64,000 nt of DNA from a virus: positions 62,309 to 126,308 of the IMG/VR virus record IMGVR_UViG_3300049440_000308; one strand, written 5' to 3'. The position numbers and the translations under genes are program-made. The notes under the pieces are model-generated. The model did no database searches. It saw nothing but the letters and a program-made list of their open reading frames with translations, and had not been told where the DNA came from. Of this stretch, positions 16,144 through 26,102 are shown in pieces. The stretch's first letter is position 1, and every line of letters begins with the position of its first letter.

Positions 16144-19100
16144 GTGACCGTTACCACCTCGTACGACTGGGACGACCTGTGCGCCGTCATCGCCCTGACC
16201 GGGGACGCGAACCACATTCACATACCAGGCTCTCCGATGGAGTGGCGGCATGATTACGTCCCGATCGCCGAGTCTGCGGCCAGGTCCCACGGTCACGGGA
16301 AGGTACCGAAGGGCTGGAAGGCGCCGTCAGGGGGAGCCCGCGCGGGCAAGGCGGTAACGGCGGAGACTGGCAGCAGCGCGAAGGCACCGTCGGGCGGCCT
16401 GCGTGGCCTTGCCGCCAAGCACGGCATGAGGACCATGACGGGGAACGGCGAGACGCTGATCCTGCCAAAGGGCGGGGGGATCGTCTCCCCGGTGCTGCGC
16501 GTCCGGGACGGACACTACAGGACGGTGAACGGCGAGGATGTCGACCCCGGCGAGGTTGAGGCGTACCTGTCCGCGTACAGCCAGCACCCGAAGGCGCTGT
16601 CGGGTGGGCTGCTAGACCACATTCGCGGCGGCCCTGCGTCGCCCCCCGACGCCGACGCCGAGTGGAAGCGGACCATGGACGCGATGGCTGCCAGGGAGAA
16701 GGCGGCCGGCATAGCGAACGCGCGGGGCATGGACCGCATGCAGGCGCACCACGACGCGGCCCGGCAGCACCTGCGGGAGTCGGCCGGCATCACCATCCCG
16801 TTCGCGCAGGAGTTCAGCCTCGGGCTGGGGCACAGCGATTACAGCCAAGCGGAGAACCACCTGCTGAACGGCCGGTACGGGGAAGCCGCAGCCGCGCTGG
16901 ACCGGGCGCTCGCCGCTGAGCGCTCACGCCCCGGCCTGATGTCGAAGGCGCAGACGGCCCGGCTGGCCAAGCTGGAGAAGTTCCGCGACCAGGTGACGCA
17001 GGCCGCCGCGCACCCGAAGGCGACGCTTCCCGCCCTGGCCAAGCTGAACGGCACGCGGCAGCCGGACGGGTCGTTCACCGCCCTCGACCAGAACGGCGCC
17101 GAGCACACGGTCAAGCTGGAAGGCACACCGAAGTCGGGCACGGTCACCGTGTCGACGGCCAAGGGCACCCGGTCCATGCCGGCACTCGGCGACCCGACCT
17201 ATGCCGCCCGGATCCTGGCGGGGAACCTGGCGGGCACCAACCCGGTGTACGGGGCCAGCAAGCGAGGTAAGCCGGTCATGCAGGGTGACACCGTGGTCGT
17301 CCCGTACAAGTCCGCCGGGAAGTGGTCGGAGACGGACGTGAAGGGCGGCAAGGGCGTGGTGTACGGGGCCACCGGAGGTGACCGGGTGCTGGTCGCCACC
17401 GGGGACAGCCGGGGTTACATCTCCGCGTCGCCCGCCGAGGTGACGCACGCTCACGCGGCCGGGACGGTACAGGCCGCCAACCCCGCCCTCGCTGCTGTCG
17501 AGTTGTCTTCCCGTACCCGTAAGGATGGTCCTGTGTCAGTTACGGCGGTTAAACCGAAGACAGGGCAGGGGATGGCCCGCTCCGGGCTCGCGCCCGGTTT
17601 CAGTCCGGTTGCCCGGGGGGCCGCGCCGGCGGGCCAGCGGCAGGCACCGGCCAGTCTAGCCAAGGCCCCGCCGTCCCGTCGCCCCAAGGTGACTCCGCTG
17701 TCCCCGATGCGCCGTGATACCGCGAAGTCGATGCGTAAGCTTGCCGCTCACGTGCAGGGCACTCATCCCGACATGACGGTCCACGAGCACCTGCGGGACG
17801 CGGCGAGGACCCTGGAGAAAGGCAACGAGGAAGGGGCGCAACGGCACCTGCGGGCGGCGATGTTCGCCCTCACCCCCCAGTCACTCATGCGGAACGGGCT
17901 GCACACCGACGAGCACCATCAGGCGGCACGGGAGGCGATGCACGGCGTTCACCGGCACATGCTGCTGACGAAGGACATCGCGGACGTGGCGGCAAGGAAC
18001 CAGCAGGCCCTTGCGAGGACCGGGACGGGGGACGACACGGCAGCCCCGCCGAGAGCAGACCCGAACGCCGGGTACGGGCCGGGTGCCCTCGCCCAGAAGC
18101 CGGCAGCACGGCAGCCCCCGGGAGACCAGGCGCTCAACGCGCCGGCCAAGGCGGACGGCGGGGGGTCTGATCCTGCGGTGGCGGACCCGAACGGGCCGCA
18201 GCGACCAGGAAGCAAGCAGTTCAGCACCTGGGACGAGGTGTCCGCCGGGGTGCTCGACATGGCCGGGCCGGGCGGGTTCCTGCATGGCTGGAAGCCGAGC
18301 GGGCCGACAGCGGCACTCCACGACAAGGCGGCGAGGCTGCACACGCAGGCAGCAGAGAAGGCGAAGGACCCGGCAGTGAAGGCAAGGCACCTGCGGAGGG
18401 CGAGGGTCCACGCGCAGGTCGCCCGGAAGCTCCGGTCACTGACCCCGCCGTCTCCTGCTGCTCCCGCCGGGGGCGCGCTGCTGGCGTACGACTGGGATGA
18501 CGTGCTGAACGTCGCCGAGTTCTCCGCGAGGACGGCCATGCTGGAGGCAACCCCGGCACCGATCGGCAAGCCGGGAGGGCCGGGACTGTACGGGATCGCA
18601 GGGCTCGGCCACAGCAGTTATTTTGAGCAGGTCAGGAACGGCCTGATGAAGCGGGGCGTCCCTGAGGGCAGGGCGCACGCGATGACGTGGGGCATCCTGC
18701 GACGGTGGGCGGCCGGAGGCGGAAAAGTGCATCCGGAGGTGAGGGCTGCGGCCGCGAAGGCGCTCGCCGAGGAGGCAGCGAAGAGAGCGCAGGCGAAAGC
18801 ACAGGGGCACGCGGTCACGGGAGATGACATCAGCGCGGTGATCACGCTGACCGGGGACGCGCGGCACCATCACATCCCGGGCTCTCCGATGGAGTACGAG
18901 CACGGTTACAACCCTCTGACCCCGGCTGCGGCGAAGTCGCACTTCGGTAAGGTCCCGAAGGGCTGGAGTCCCTCATCGGGCGGCGGCGGCAAGGCTTCCG
19001 GCCCGGCGCACCTCAAGTTCACCGACGCGTCTGGCCGGGTGTCGTATCACACCATCCACGACCCGGAGACGGCCGGCAAGATCCGCGACCAGGCGAAGCA

Positions 19101-20391
19101 GCGGGGCATGACCGCCGAGGAAGGCGGCGCGGCCCGTGACCCCGGTATCGAGAAGATGCCGAAGAACGCCCGCGCCCTGCACGAGGCGGCGCGGCAGGCG
19201 GGCTGGAACGTCTCCCACTACCCCGGTGAGGCGACCGACGTGAAGTTCGATGCCGCCGGGCACCCCATCCCCGGCACCGCCACTCCGCTGCACGCGGTGT
19301 CCGCGCACAACCCGGTCACGGGGCAGACGGTCCGCCAGTCCTGGAACGGCAACAAGGTCAGCGCGCACCCGCAGGGCGAGTCGCTGTCGGCGTCGATTGC
19401 CGCGGTCAAGGCTCACCCGGTCACGCCGGAGCAACTGAAGGCACTCACCACGCCCGCAGGGAAGCAGGCCAGGATCGCCAGCCGGATCGGTGGTGACGCC
19501 ACGGAGTTCAGCGCCCGCGGCCTGGGGACTAACGCGCAGAAAGTCGGGTACCTGATGGGCCAGGCTGCGGACGCGCTCAGCGCCGGAGACAAGAAGACCG
19601 CGATCAGCCACCTCCTGGCGGCGCAGTCAGCCAGCGTCACCGGCCACGAGGTTTTCGCCAAGGGAACCGGGTACGCGCAGGCCGTTATCGCCAAGCACCT
19701 GAAGTCGCTCGGCGCCGACGGGAACCCGCAGTTCGCCTACTCCTGGCGCGATCTTGACACCGTGATCGAGATGGCCGCTGCCCAGCCCGCCGCTGGCGGG
19801 GGTCCTCCTCCCGCGCCTCCTGCTGCTTCCCAGTCCGGGGGGTCCGGGTCTCCTCAGGCGAGGGTCCCGTCGGGTCAGGCGGGAGGCGGGCAGTTCGGCT
19901 CCGGCGGCGGGCAGGCGGCCGCACCCAAGCCGGACGCCCACCAGCAGCACGTCGCCCACCTGGCTCACCTCGCGCAGGTCGCCACCCAGAAGGCCGCCCT
20001 GCTAGCTACCGCCGCCGATGACCGGAACAAGGCCGCGGCGCTAGTCCAGCAGCGGGCCGTCCTGGTGAAGGCACTGGCGAGCGCCGGGGGGAAGGTGAGC
20101 GCCGGGCAGGCGGGGGCGAAGACCGCGACGACGGCGAAGACCAAGACAACCGCGCCCGCCACGACTGGCACCGCCGCGCCCGCAGCCGCGAGCACCGCCA
20201 CTGCCGCCGCCAAGGCCCCGGCTAAGGCCGCCAGCACCACCGCTAAGGCCGCCACGGCGGCACCCGGGACCGCCGCGGCGAAGGCAACCGCGGCTCAGCT
20301 CACCACCCAGATCGGCGCCCTCAGCACCCAGATCAGCCAGCTCCTCGCGGCAGCTAACCAGGCGACGGCGCAGGCCACCGCGCTGAAGTGA
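16144..20391 (+). CDS. large modular head-associated polyprotein (about 1415 aa)
   Basis: AGGAGGA SD before GTG 16144; duplicated HIPGSPME module; repeated W-D-D/E..V-I/L-E/D-M/F/L linkers. Confidence 0.8.
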   Translation: MTVTTSYDWDDLCAVIALTGDANHIHIPGSPMEWRHDYVPIAESAARSHGHGKVPKGWKAPSGGARAGKAVTAETGSSAKAPSGGLRGLAAKHGMRTMTGNGETLILPKGGGIVSPVLRVRDGHYRTVNGEDVDPGEVEAYLSAYSQHPKALSGGLLDHIRGGPASPPDADAEWKRTMDAMAAREKAAGIANARGMDRMQAHHDAARQHLRESAGITIPFAQEFSLGLGHSDYSQAENHLLNGRYGEAAAALDRALAAERSRPGLMSKAQTARLAKLEKFRDQVTQAAAHPKATLPALAKLNGTRQPDGSFTALDQNGAEHTVKLEGTPKSGTVTVSTAKGTRSMPALGDPTYAARILAGNLAGTNPVYGASKRGKPVMQGDTVVVPYKSAGKWSETDVKGGKGVVYGATGGDRVLVATGDSRGYISASPAEVTHAHAAGTVQAANPALAAVELSSRTRKDGPVSVTAVKPKTGQGMARSGLAPGFSPVARGAAPAGQRQAPASLAKAPPSRRPKVTPLSPMRRDTAKSMRKLAAHVQGTHPDMTVHEHLRDAARTLEKGNEEGAQRHLRAAMFALTPQSLMRNGLHTDEHHQAAREAMHGVHRHMLLTKDIADVAARNQQALARTGTGDDTAAPPRADPNAGYGPGALAQKPAARQPPGDQALNAPAKADGGGSDPAVADPNGPQRPGSKQFSTWDEVSAGVLDMAGPGGFLHGWKPSGPTAALHDKAARLHTQAAEKAKDPAVKARHLRRARVHAQVARKLRSLTPPSPAAPAGGALLAYDWDDVLNVAEFSARTAMLEATPAPIGKPGGPGLYGIAGLGHSSYFEQVRNGLMKRGVPEGRAHAMTWGILRRWAAGGGKVHPEVRAAAAKALAEEAAKRAQAKAQGHAVTGDDISAVITLTGDARHHHIPGSPMEYEHGYNPLTPAAAKSHFGKVPKGWSPSSGGGGKASGPAHLKFTDASGRVSYHTIHDPETAGKIRDQAKQRGMTAEEGGAARDPGIEKMPKNARALHEAARQAGWNVSHYPGEATDVKFDAAGHPIPGTATPLHAVSAHNPVTGQTVRQSWNGNKVSAHPQGESLSASIAAVKAHPVTPEQLKALTTPAGKQARIASRIGGDATEFSARGLGTNAQKVGYLMGQAADALSAGDKKTAISHLLAAQSASVTGHEVFAKGTGYAQAVIAKHLKSLGADGNPQFAYSWRDLDTVIEMAAAQPAAGGGPPPAPPAASQSGGSGSPQARVPSGQAGGGQFGSGGGQAAAPKPDAHQQHVAHLAHLAQVATQKAALLATAADDRNKAAALVQQRAVLVKALASAGGKVSAGQAGAKTATTAKTKTTAPATTGTAAPAAASTATAAAKAPAKAASTTAKAATAAPGTAAAKATAAQLTTQIGALSTQISQLLAAANQATAQATALK

Positions 20392-20410
20392 CCGCCGGTA
20401 TTCTCGGGTA

Positions 20411-20632
20411 ATGGCCGGAATTGAGGTAAACGACAGCGAGGGGCCGTACCCGTACGCCTGGATCAGGTTCCGCGACGACCCCGCCGCGCCGTTCGCGTCC
20501 ATGTTCGGCGACGGCAAGACGTTCACGCCGAACGTGGACCTGACCGACGAGGAAGAGGCGGAGCTGAAGGACCTGCGCGCCCGCTGGAAGGCGTGGCAGG
20601 ACAGGCTGCTGGCGGCGGCCGGGGCCGGCTGA
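20411..20632 (+). CDS. hypothetical protein
   Basis: GC3-rich ORF. Confidence 0.6.
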   Translation: MAGIEVNDSEGPYPYAWIRFRDDPAAPFASMFGDGKTFTPNVDLTDEEEAELKDLRARWKAWQDRLLAAAGAG

Positions 20633-20634
20633 CG

Positions 20635-21084
20635 ATGAGCCCCGAGGAGAAGGTCCGGGAGGCCAGGCTCCGGCGCGTCGCCAGCCGAAGAGGCTTGCGG
20701 CTGGTCAGGTCCCGCCGTCGCGATACCGGCGCGCTCACCTACGGGCGCTACTTCGTGGAGACGCAGGACGGGCAGGTTCCGGATGGCTACCAGACCGTCC
20801 GGGGGTTCACCCTTGACGAGGCAGAGGAACGGCTAGCGGCTGTTAGGGTGCGGCGCATGATCAACTCCATGGCTGAGCGCACCGACGCGGAGAAGCTGAG
20901 GTCCGCCGAGATCACGCTGGCGACGCTCCGGGAGCACGCCGAGCGGTCCGTGTCGCTGCCTGCCGATGTGCTCCGCAACGAGCATGCCCGCGGCTTCCAG
21001 AGCGCGATGCGGGACGTGCTGGCGATCCTTGACGCCCGCTGGCTGCCCGAGGGCGCCCCGGTCAGCCTCCCGGCGACGTCATGA
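20635..21084 (+). CDS. hypothetical protein
   Basis: EARLRRVASRRGLRLVRSRRRD...YGRY motif; ATGA coupling. Confidence 0.6.
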   Translation: MSPEEKVREARLRRVASRRGLRLVRSRRRDTGALTYGRYFVETQDGQVPDGYQTVRGFTLDEAEERLAAVRVRRMINSMAERTDAEKLRSAEITLATLREHAERSVSLPADVLRNEHARGFQSAMRDVLAILDARWLPEGAPVSLPATS

Positions 21085-21470
21085 GCGGCGAGATTGAACG
21101 GCGGGGCGGGCAGGCGCCGGACCGCCCCGCGGAGGGCACGGGCGGCGGGCGGCCGCGCGACCGCGCCTACCCTTCCGGGCGGCAGGCCGGGTCACTGGAC
21201 CCCGAGTGGGTCATGGTCGGCGTCGACGTTCCCGCCGGGAAGCGCCTGTACGCGTCCCGGGACCTGAAGGGCTCGGCGTTCGACCTCGCAGTCGACGCCT
21301 ACGGCAACGGGCAGGGCTGGCAACTCGGCACCATGATGCAGCGGATGCTGGTGATCACCAGGCCCACCTACACCGAGTGCCTCGCTGAGCTGATGACCAT
21401 CTGGAGGAACTGGGACGTCGCCGGGCGTGAACTGCCCGCCGCGACAGGGAACGGGAGGGCGGTCTCGTGA
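21081..21470 (+). CDS. hypothetical protein
   Basis: ATGA/GTGA overlaps. Confidence 0.6.
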   Translation: MSGEIERRGGQAPDRPAEGTGGGRPRDRAYPSGRQAGSLDPEWVMVGVDVPAGKRLYASRDLKGSAFDLAVDAYGNGQGWQLGTMMQRMLVITRPTYTECLAELMTIWRNWDVAGRELPAATGNGRAVS

Positions 21471-21688
21471 GCGCCGATGACATCCGCATCGCCTGGAACG
21501 TGGTGTCGGAGCGGCTAACCGCGGTCCACCCGGATGACGGCACGTACGCGGTCAAGGAGATCGCGTTCACGGAGACCGGCCGCACGGAACTTCCCGGCGG
21601 CCCCCGGCTGATCCTCGGCCCGACACTCGGAGAGATCGCCCTCATGTTCGGGGAACCGCCCGCCGTGACAGGAGGGCCGCTGCCGTGA
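21467..21688 (+). CDS. hypothetical protein
   Basis: GTGA overlaps. Confidence 0.55.
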   Translation: MSADDIRIAWNVVSERLTAVHPDDGTYAVKEIAFTETGRTELPGGPRLILGPTLGEIALMFGEPPAVTGGPLP

Positions 21689-21975
21689 GCGCGATGAGGC
21701 CCGTCTACGTCGACGGCCCGCTCGAAGGCGGGGACCTCAGCATGCCGGACGACCTGGCCGTGGTCTACGACCTGCCCGGCGCGAGGGCCCCTGAACCGCA
21801 GGGCACCTACCGGTTCTTCCCGTACCGGTTCGCGGGGGGAGGCAAGGTGGTCACGGTCACGATCGGGTACTGCGGTGCCGAGCCGGACGCGGAGGCGGTC
21901 GCCCGGGCGCTGCTGAAGCCTGAGATATTCGAGCGCGCGGAGGTATGCGACATGACCGGGGACCTGGCGCGATGA
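21685..21975 (+). CDS. hypothetical protein
   Basis: VYVDGPLEG motif; overlaps. Confidence 0.6.
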   Translation: MSAMRPVYVDGPLEGGDLSMPDDLAVVYDLPGARAPEPQGTYRFFPYRFAGGGKVVTVTIGYCGAEPDAEAVARALLKPEIFERAEVCDMTGDLAR

Positions 21976-23057
21976 GCATCACCGGGCAGGCCCTTGACCT
22001 AGCATTCAACCCGCTAGAGCCTCGCGACAAAGAGGGCCGGTTCTTCCACGGCACCACCGACAAGTACCAGCCTGGCGATGTCATCGACCCCGCTAAGCCG
22101 CACCGTGCCAACTTCGACCCGGAGCACAGCGAGCCGAAGTCGGTTTACTTCGCGGCGAAGGCAAGGCAGGCGATGCACTACGCGGAACGGGACAAGGGCG
22201 GCCTGGGTGACCCTCACGTCTACGAGGTCGAGCCGACAGGCGAGCACTGGCCCATCGCCCCGGGCGTCACCCAGTACCAGACGAAACACCCGCTGCGGGT
22301 CATCAGGGAGGTAGACCCCGCTACCGAGATGGCGGCCGCGACGATCACCGGGCAGGCGCTTGACCTTGCACCCGCCGGCATCACCGCCCAGGCTGCCGGA
22401 AGCGCCCCGGACGTCACCCTCGCCAGGGGGTACGAGCTGAATCCCCGTTCCGGCATGATCTCCCTTGACCTGCCGCCGGGAACCATCCCGGCAGTACCGG
22501 GCGGGGTGACCGACTTTCACGTGACAGTTGTTTACCTCGGCCCGGACGTGGATGATGAGGCGCTCGCGGAGGCGTGCGAGAGGGCACAGGCCGCCGCGAC
22601 GGCAATACCCGGGCCGCTACTCGGGACGGTCGGCGGGATCGGCACCTTCCCCCCGTCCGGCGGCAGCGACGGGAAGGTCCCCGCATGGGCAGGGGTGCTG
22701 CTGCCCGGCGCGGAGCGGCTCCGCTCAGCCCTGGAAGACCTCTCGGCGAGCGAGCACAAGAACTGGCATCCGCATGTCACCCTCGCGTACGTGGACCCCA
22801 GCGAGGCCCTGCCCCCTCCGGTGCCCGCAACGCAGGTCATGTTCGCTTACCTGTCAGTGCACCGGGGCGACGATGAGGTGAGGCGGTTCCCGCTCGGCGG
22901 AGGGACGGAACTAGCCGGGGAGACGATCAGCGGGCAGGCGGGCCCGGCATCCCCGGGTACAGGGGACGGGGGAGCAGTCAGCGGGCAGATGGCGGGCACC
23001 CCGCTAGCGGAGCGGCTTGACCTGGCAGGCCGCCCAAAAGCATCAGCGGCCAGCTAG
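21972..23057 (+). CDS. Arr-like ADP-ribosyltransferase domain plus 2H phosphoesterase domain protein
   Basis: FFHGT, SVYF, VYEVEPTG and PLRVIREV (Arr/ART fold); FHVTVVY and PHVTLAY (two HxT motifs). Confidence 0.8.
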   Translation: MSITGQALDLAFNPLEPRDKEGRFFHGTTDKYQPGDVIDPAKPHRANFDPEHSEPKSVYFAAKARQAMHYAERDKGGLGDPHVYEVEPTGEHWPIAPGVTQYQTKHPLRVIREVDPATEMAAATITGQALDLAPAGITAQAAGSAPDVTLARGYELNPRSGMISLDLPPGTIPAVPGGVTDFHVTVVYLGPDVDDEALAEACERAQAAATAIPGPLLGTVGGIGTFPPSGGSDGKVPAWAGVLLPGAERLRSALEDLSASEHKNWHPHVTLAYVDPSEALPPPVPATQVMFAYLSVHRGDDEVRRFPLGGGTELAGETISGQAGPASPGTGDGGAVSGQMAGTPLAERLDLAGRPKASAAS

Positions 23058-23061
23058 CCGC
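23033..23061 (+). other. programmed -1 frameshift signal C_CCA_AAA plus hairpin
   Basis: Heptamer 23033-23039; GCGGC/GCCGC stem 23046-23061; ISGQ repeats continue in the -1 frame. Confidence 0.75.
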
Positions 23062-24841
23062 GGGCACGATAAGCGGCCAGTTCGACATGGCCGGCGGATG
23101 GGCGGCCGCGTGGCTGCATGAGCGGCGGGACTCCCGCGGCAAGTGGACGCGGAACCCCGGCCCTGCGGACGCTACCGGGGCCGATGACGCCGCGCAGCGG
23201 GGCGGCAGGAAGCCGGCCACGAGCAAGGACATCATCGGCGAGTCGCGCAAGTCCAAGGACGACCTAGTCCGCAAGCACCTCAAGGCGGCCGCCGCGCACC
23301 TGGACAGCGGCGATCACGCCGCGGCGGCGGATGAACTGAAGCAGGCCTCGAACATGGCCGGGATGCACGGCGACACCGAGACTAGCGACCGCCTGTTCGA
23401 GATGGGCCAGTCGCTGTCCGAGGAGTCCCGCACCAATGCCGCCGTGGCAGGCTTCGCCGGGAAAGCCGCCGTCGTCGTCCCGGGGCTGCTCGGCGGCGGA
23501 CGGTCGGACTGGAACGGCAAGGTCGACCTGTTCAACGCGAAGGACAACCCGGCCGTCGCCGCGTACATGGGCTGGGACGGGACCATGGGGTTCCAGCGGG
23601 AGCTCGCCGGGCAGCTCGCCGGGGACACCGGGGGCGGGAAGGTGACCGACCCGGTTACCGCCTTCACGCCGCACATCGACGTCCTGCACGAGCTGATCCA
23701 CAGCACCGTCCCCGCCGGCGGGGAGGCACCGGAGTGGAAGGCCCTCCCGCAAGGGCACAAGGCGGCGCTGTCCGCGTTCGCCGCCATGGACAAGGACAAC
23801 CCGAGCGGCGGGGCGTACCCGACGGAGCACACCCTCGCCGGCGCCCGCGAGCGGGACGGCGGCATCACGCAGGCGACGGTGGATGACCTCACCGGGCGCG
23901 GCCTCCTCACCCGCTCGTCAACCACGAGCAGCACCTGGAACCCGACGACAGGGCAGTCCACCCCGTCCGTGCACTCATGGCGGCTGGCCGCCAAGGGGAG
24001 CGCCATCCTCCCCGTCGCGCCGCAAACCCACGACATGCACAAGGACGCCTACCGTGACCCGCGCAACGCCGCAATCGAGGAGGGATTCACCGAGCTCGGC
24101 ACCGTGCACCACGCGCCGGAGTTCCTGACGCGCATGGGCTTCGGGAGCCAGGAGACCGGCATGATCTCCGTCACCTCCGCCGGGAAGCCGCGGGAGGAGT
24201 TCGACAAGGCGGACCTGGCGGCCCGGAAAGACGAGATCGCGAAGCTCGTCGCGGAGGCGAACGAGACGACCAGCTTCTCCGCCGAGCTTCACCTGCGGGG
24301 GGCCGCGAGGGAGATGGGCAAGGCGTCACCTGACGTCGGCTCCGTGATCGACCAGTTGTCCAGGGCGCAGTTCGAGGCGAAGGGCGAGGCCCTCAAGGCG
24401 GAGATCTGGGAGGCGATGAGCGCGCTGAACCTCGCGCCGAGCACGCTTAAGCGGGCCACTGTGACCGAGTACGCGAAGCGGCTGCGCGAGCCGGACAGGA
24501 TCGCCAGCGGCAACGCCTGGGGTCATTACGCCTGGCAGACCGCCGCCGCGCAGGCGTGGGTGCTCGCCGCGGCGAAGGCCGAAGGAAAGGGGAAGACGTC
24601 ACCGCGGGTCCGCGCCCTCGCCGACGAGATCAACCGGGAAGGCGTCGGCGGGAAGGTGCCCGCGATGGCCAGGCAGGTGATCCGGGCGGCCGGGGCGGAC
24701 CCGGACAAGTTCCAGGGGGCACCGCTCGCGGCACTGGAGACCCGGATCCGGAGCCAGTGGGCGCAGGACCCGTCCGGGGCGGGGTCCTCGCCGTGGGCGT
24801 CGGCCATGGCGGTAGTGAGACAATACGACCGTGAGCACTGA
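23033..24841 (+). CDS. -1 frame C-terminal extension with HExxH metallopeptidase-like domain
   Basis: VLHELIH at 23687 and IEEGFTE at 24077; no clear SD before ATG 23087. Confidence 0.7.
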   Translation, partial: PKSISGQLAAGTISGQFDMAGGWAAAWLHERRDSRGKWTRNPGPADATGADDAAQRGGRKPATSKDIIGESRKSKDDLVRKHLKAAAAHLDSGDHAAAADELKQASNMAGMHGDTETSDRLFEMGQSLSEESRTNAAVAGFAGKAAVVVPGLLGGGRSDWNGKVDLFNAKDNPAVAAYMGWDGTMGFQRELAGQLAGDTGGGKVTDPVTAFTPHIDVLHELIHSTVPAGGEAPEWKALPQGHKAALSAFAAMDKDNPSGGAYPTEHTLAGARERDGGITQATVDDLTGRGLLTRSSTTSSTWNPTTGQSTPSVHSWRLAAKGSAILPVAPQTHDMHKDAYRDPRNAAIEEGFTELGTVHHAPEFLTRMGFGSQETGMISVTSAGKPREEFDKADLAARKDEIAKLVAEANETTSFSAELHLRGAAREMGKASPDVGSVIDQLSRAQFEAKGEALKAEIWEAMSALNLAPSTLKRATVTEYAKRLREPDRIASGNAWGHYAWQTAAAQAWVLAAAKAEGKGKTSPRVRALADEINREGVGGKVPAMARQVIRAAGADPDKFQGAPLAALETRIRSQWAQDPSGAGSSPWASAMAVVRQYDREH

Positions 24842-25037
24842 CCTGACCCCGGAGGGGAAGCGCGCCTACGAGATCCTGCGGCAGGCGCAGGATGACCCCG
24901 TGAACCGGGCGGAAGCCGCGCAGGCGCAGGTGAGCGACCTGGCCCGGCCGCTGCTCGGCAACCCGGGGAAGGCGCAGGCGCTACGCGAGGTGCAGGACGC
25001 GGGCACGATGCTGGCCCGGCTGGCGGGCGCCCTGTAG
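24831..25037 (+). CDS. small helical protein
   Basis: Overlaps the upstream stop; GC3-rich. Confidence 0.55.
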   Translation: MSTDLTPEGKRAYEILRQAQDDPVNRAEAAQAQVSDLARPLLGNPGKAQALREVQDAGTMLARLAGAL

Positions 25038-25039
25038 CG

Positions 25040-25393
25040 TCACCGGCTGGCCGCCCGCAGCGCTTCCCGTGCTTCCCGGGCCCGCCTGTGGCACAGTGCC
25101 ATGGCGGAGTCCCGTACCTTCTCCGGGACGTCCGCGCCGCCGTCGATCCCGGCGACGTCGCTCTTCCACACTGACGACGCCCAGGTTTTCCCGTCTGGGT
25201 CCACGTCCGCCCAGATGTCGACTCGCAGGCCCTGGACCTCATGGCCGTCGTAGCGGACGTGCGCGCTTCCGGGGCGGCACCCGCCGGGGCGGAAGTCGGC
25301 CTGCCCGCCGTCAGCGAACCCGACCGTGATCACGGGGCCGTCCTGCAGTCCGTGCGGGACGTAAGCGCCGTCCGGGTACGTGGCACTAGTCAT
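25040..25393 (-). CDS. hypothetical protein
   Basis: ATG overlaps the stop of 25386-25637. Confidence 0.6.
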   Translation of the reverse strand: MTSATYPDGAYVPHGLQDGPVITVGFADGGQADFRPGGCRPGSAHVRYDGHEVQGLRVDIWADVDPDGKTWASSVWKSDVAGIDGGADVPEKVRDSAMALCHRRAREAREALRAASR

Positions 25394-25637
25394 CGTCTTC
25401 CCCTGCCTCGAACTCGTCGGCGAACCGCTGCGCGAAGTCCCGGAACCCCTTCTTCGTCGCCGGCCGCTTGAAGCCGAACCGCTCCGGGTTGCGGACCTCG
25501 GCGGGGAAGCCGTGCCGGAACGCCAGCGGGTTAGCCAGTCCCTCGCCCCACTGGACTTCCATGCGGGCACCGTCTCCGCCTGTCCACGAGTAGCGGTAGG
25601 TGGCGAGTGCGGACTCGTTGGCTAGCTTGACGGTCAT
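25386..25637 (-). CDS. hypothetical protein
   Basis: GGAAG upstream; natural composition. Confidence 0.6.
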   Translation of the reverse strand: MTVKLANESALATYRYSWTGGDGARMEVQWGEGLANPLAFRHGFPAEVRNPERFGFKRPATKKGFRDFAQRFADEFEAGEDDD

Positions 25638-25730
25638 CTCGCCACTTCCCTCCGGGGGAACCTCTCCCCGTCGCCGCCAGTGTATACACCTACTGATATA
25701 GATACAACGGCCGGTGTACGCTTTGCAGTT

Positions 25731-25949
25731 ATGAGTGAATCGGAGATCGAGCGCGAGCTAACCGAGGCGCAGGCCGACGTGATCAGGGTCCGCGAGGCCA
25801 GCAGCCGGCGCCGCAGGGCCGTCATGGCCGCACTCGCGGCAGATCCCCCCTGGACTAAGTACAAGATCGCGGCCGTGCTCGGCGTCGGAGGCCCGACCGT
25901 AGACGCGATCGTCAAGGCTGCGCAGCGCGAGGCGGGCACCGCGGGCTAA
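25731..25949 (+). CDS. small HTH DNA-binding protein
   Basis: WTKYKIAAVLGVGGPTVDAIV; divergent from 25637 across an AT-rich gap. Confidence 0.65.
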   Translation: MSESEIERELTEAQADVIRVREASSRRRRAVMAALAADPPWTKYKIAAVLGVGGPTVDAIVKAAQREAGTAG

Positions 25950-26102
25950 GTTACCCCCGGGGCCGTCCCTTCGGCCTGCACGGGCGCGAACCGGGGTCAT
26001 GGCCATGGCCTTGCAGTCCGTGCCGCCGGTTCCGGAGGTCCTAGCCGGCTCGCCAGCGCTAGCTCACCGACCCGCTTGCGCGCCCCGGGGGTACCGTCAA
26101 GC

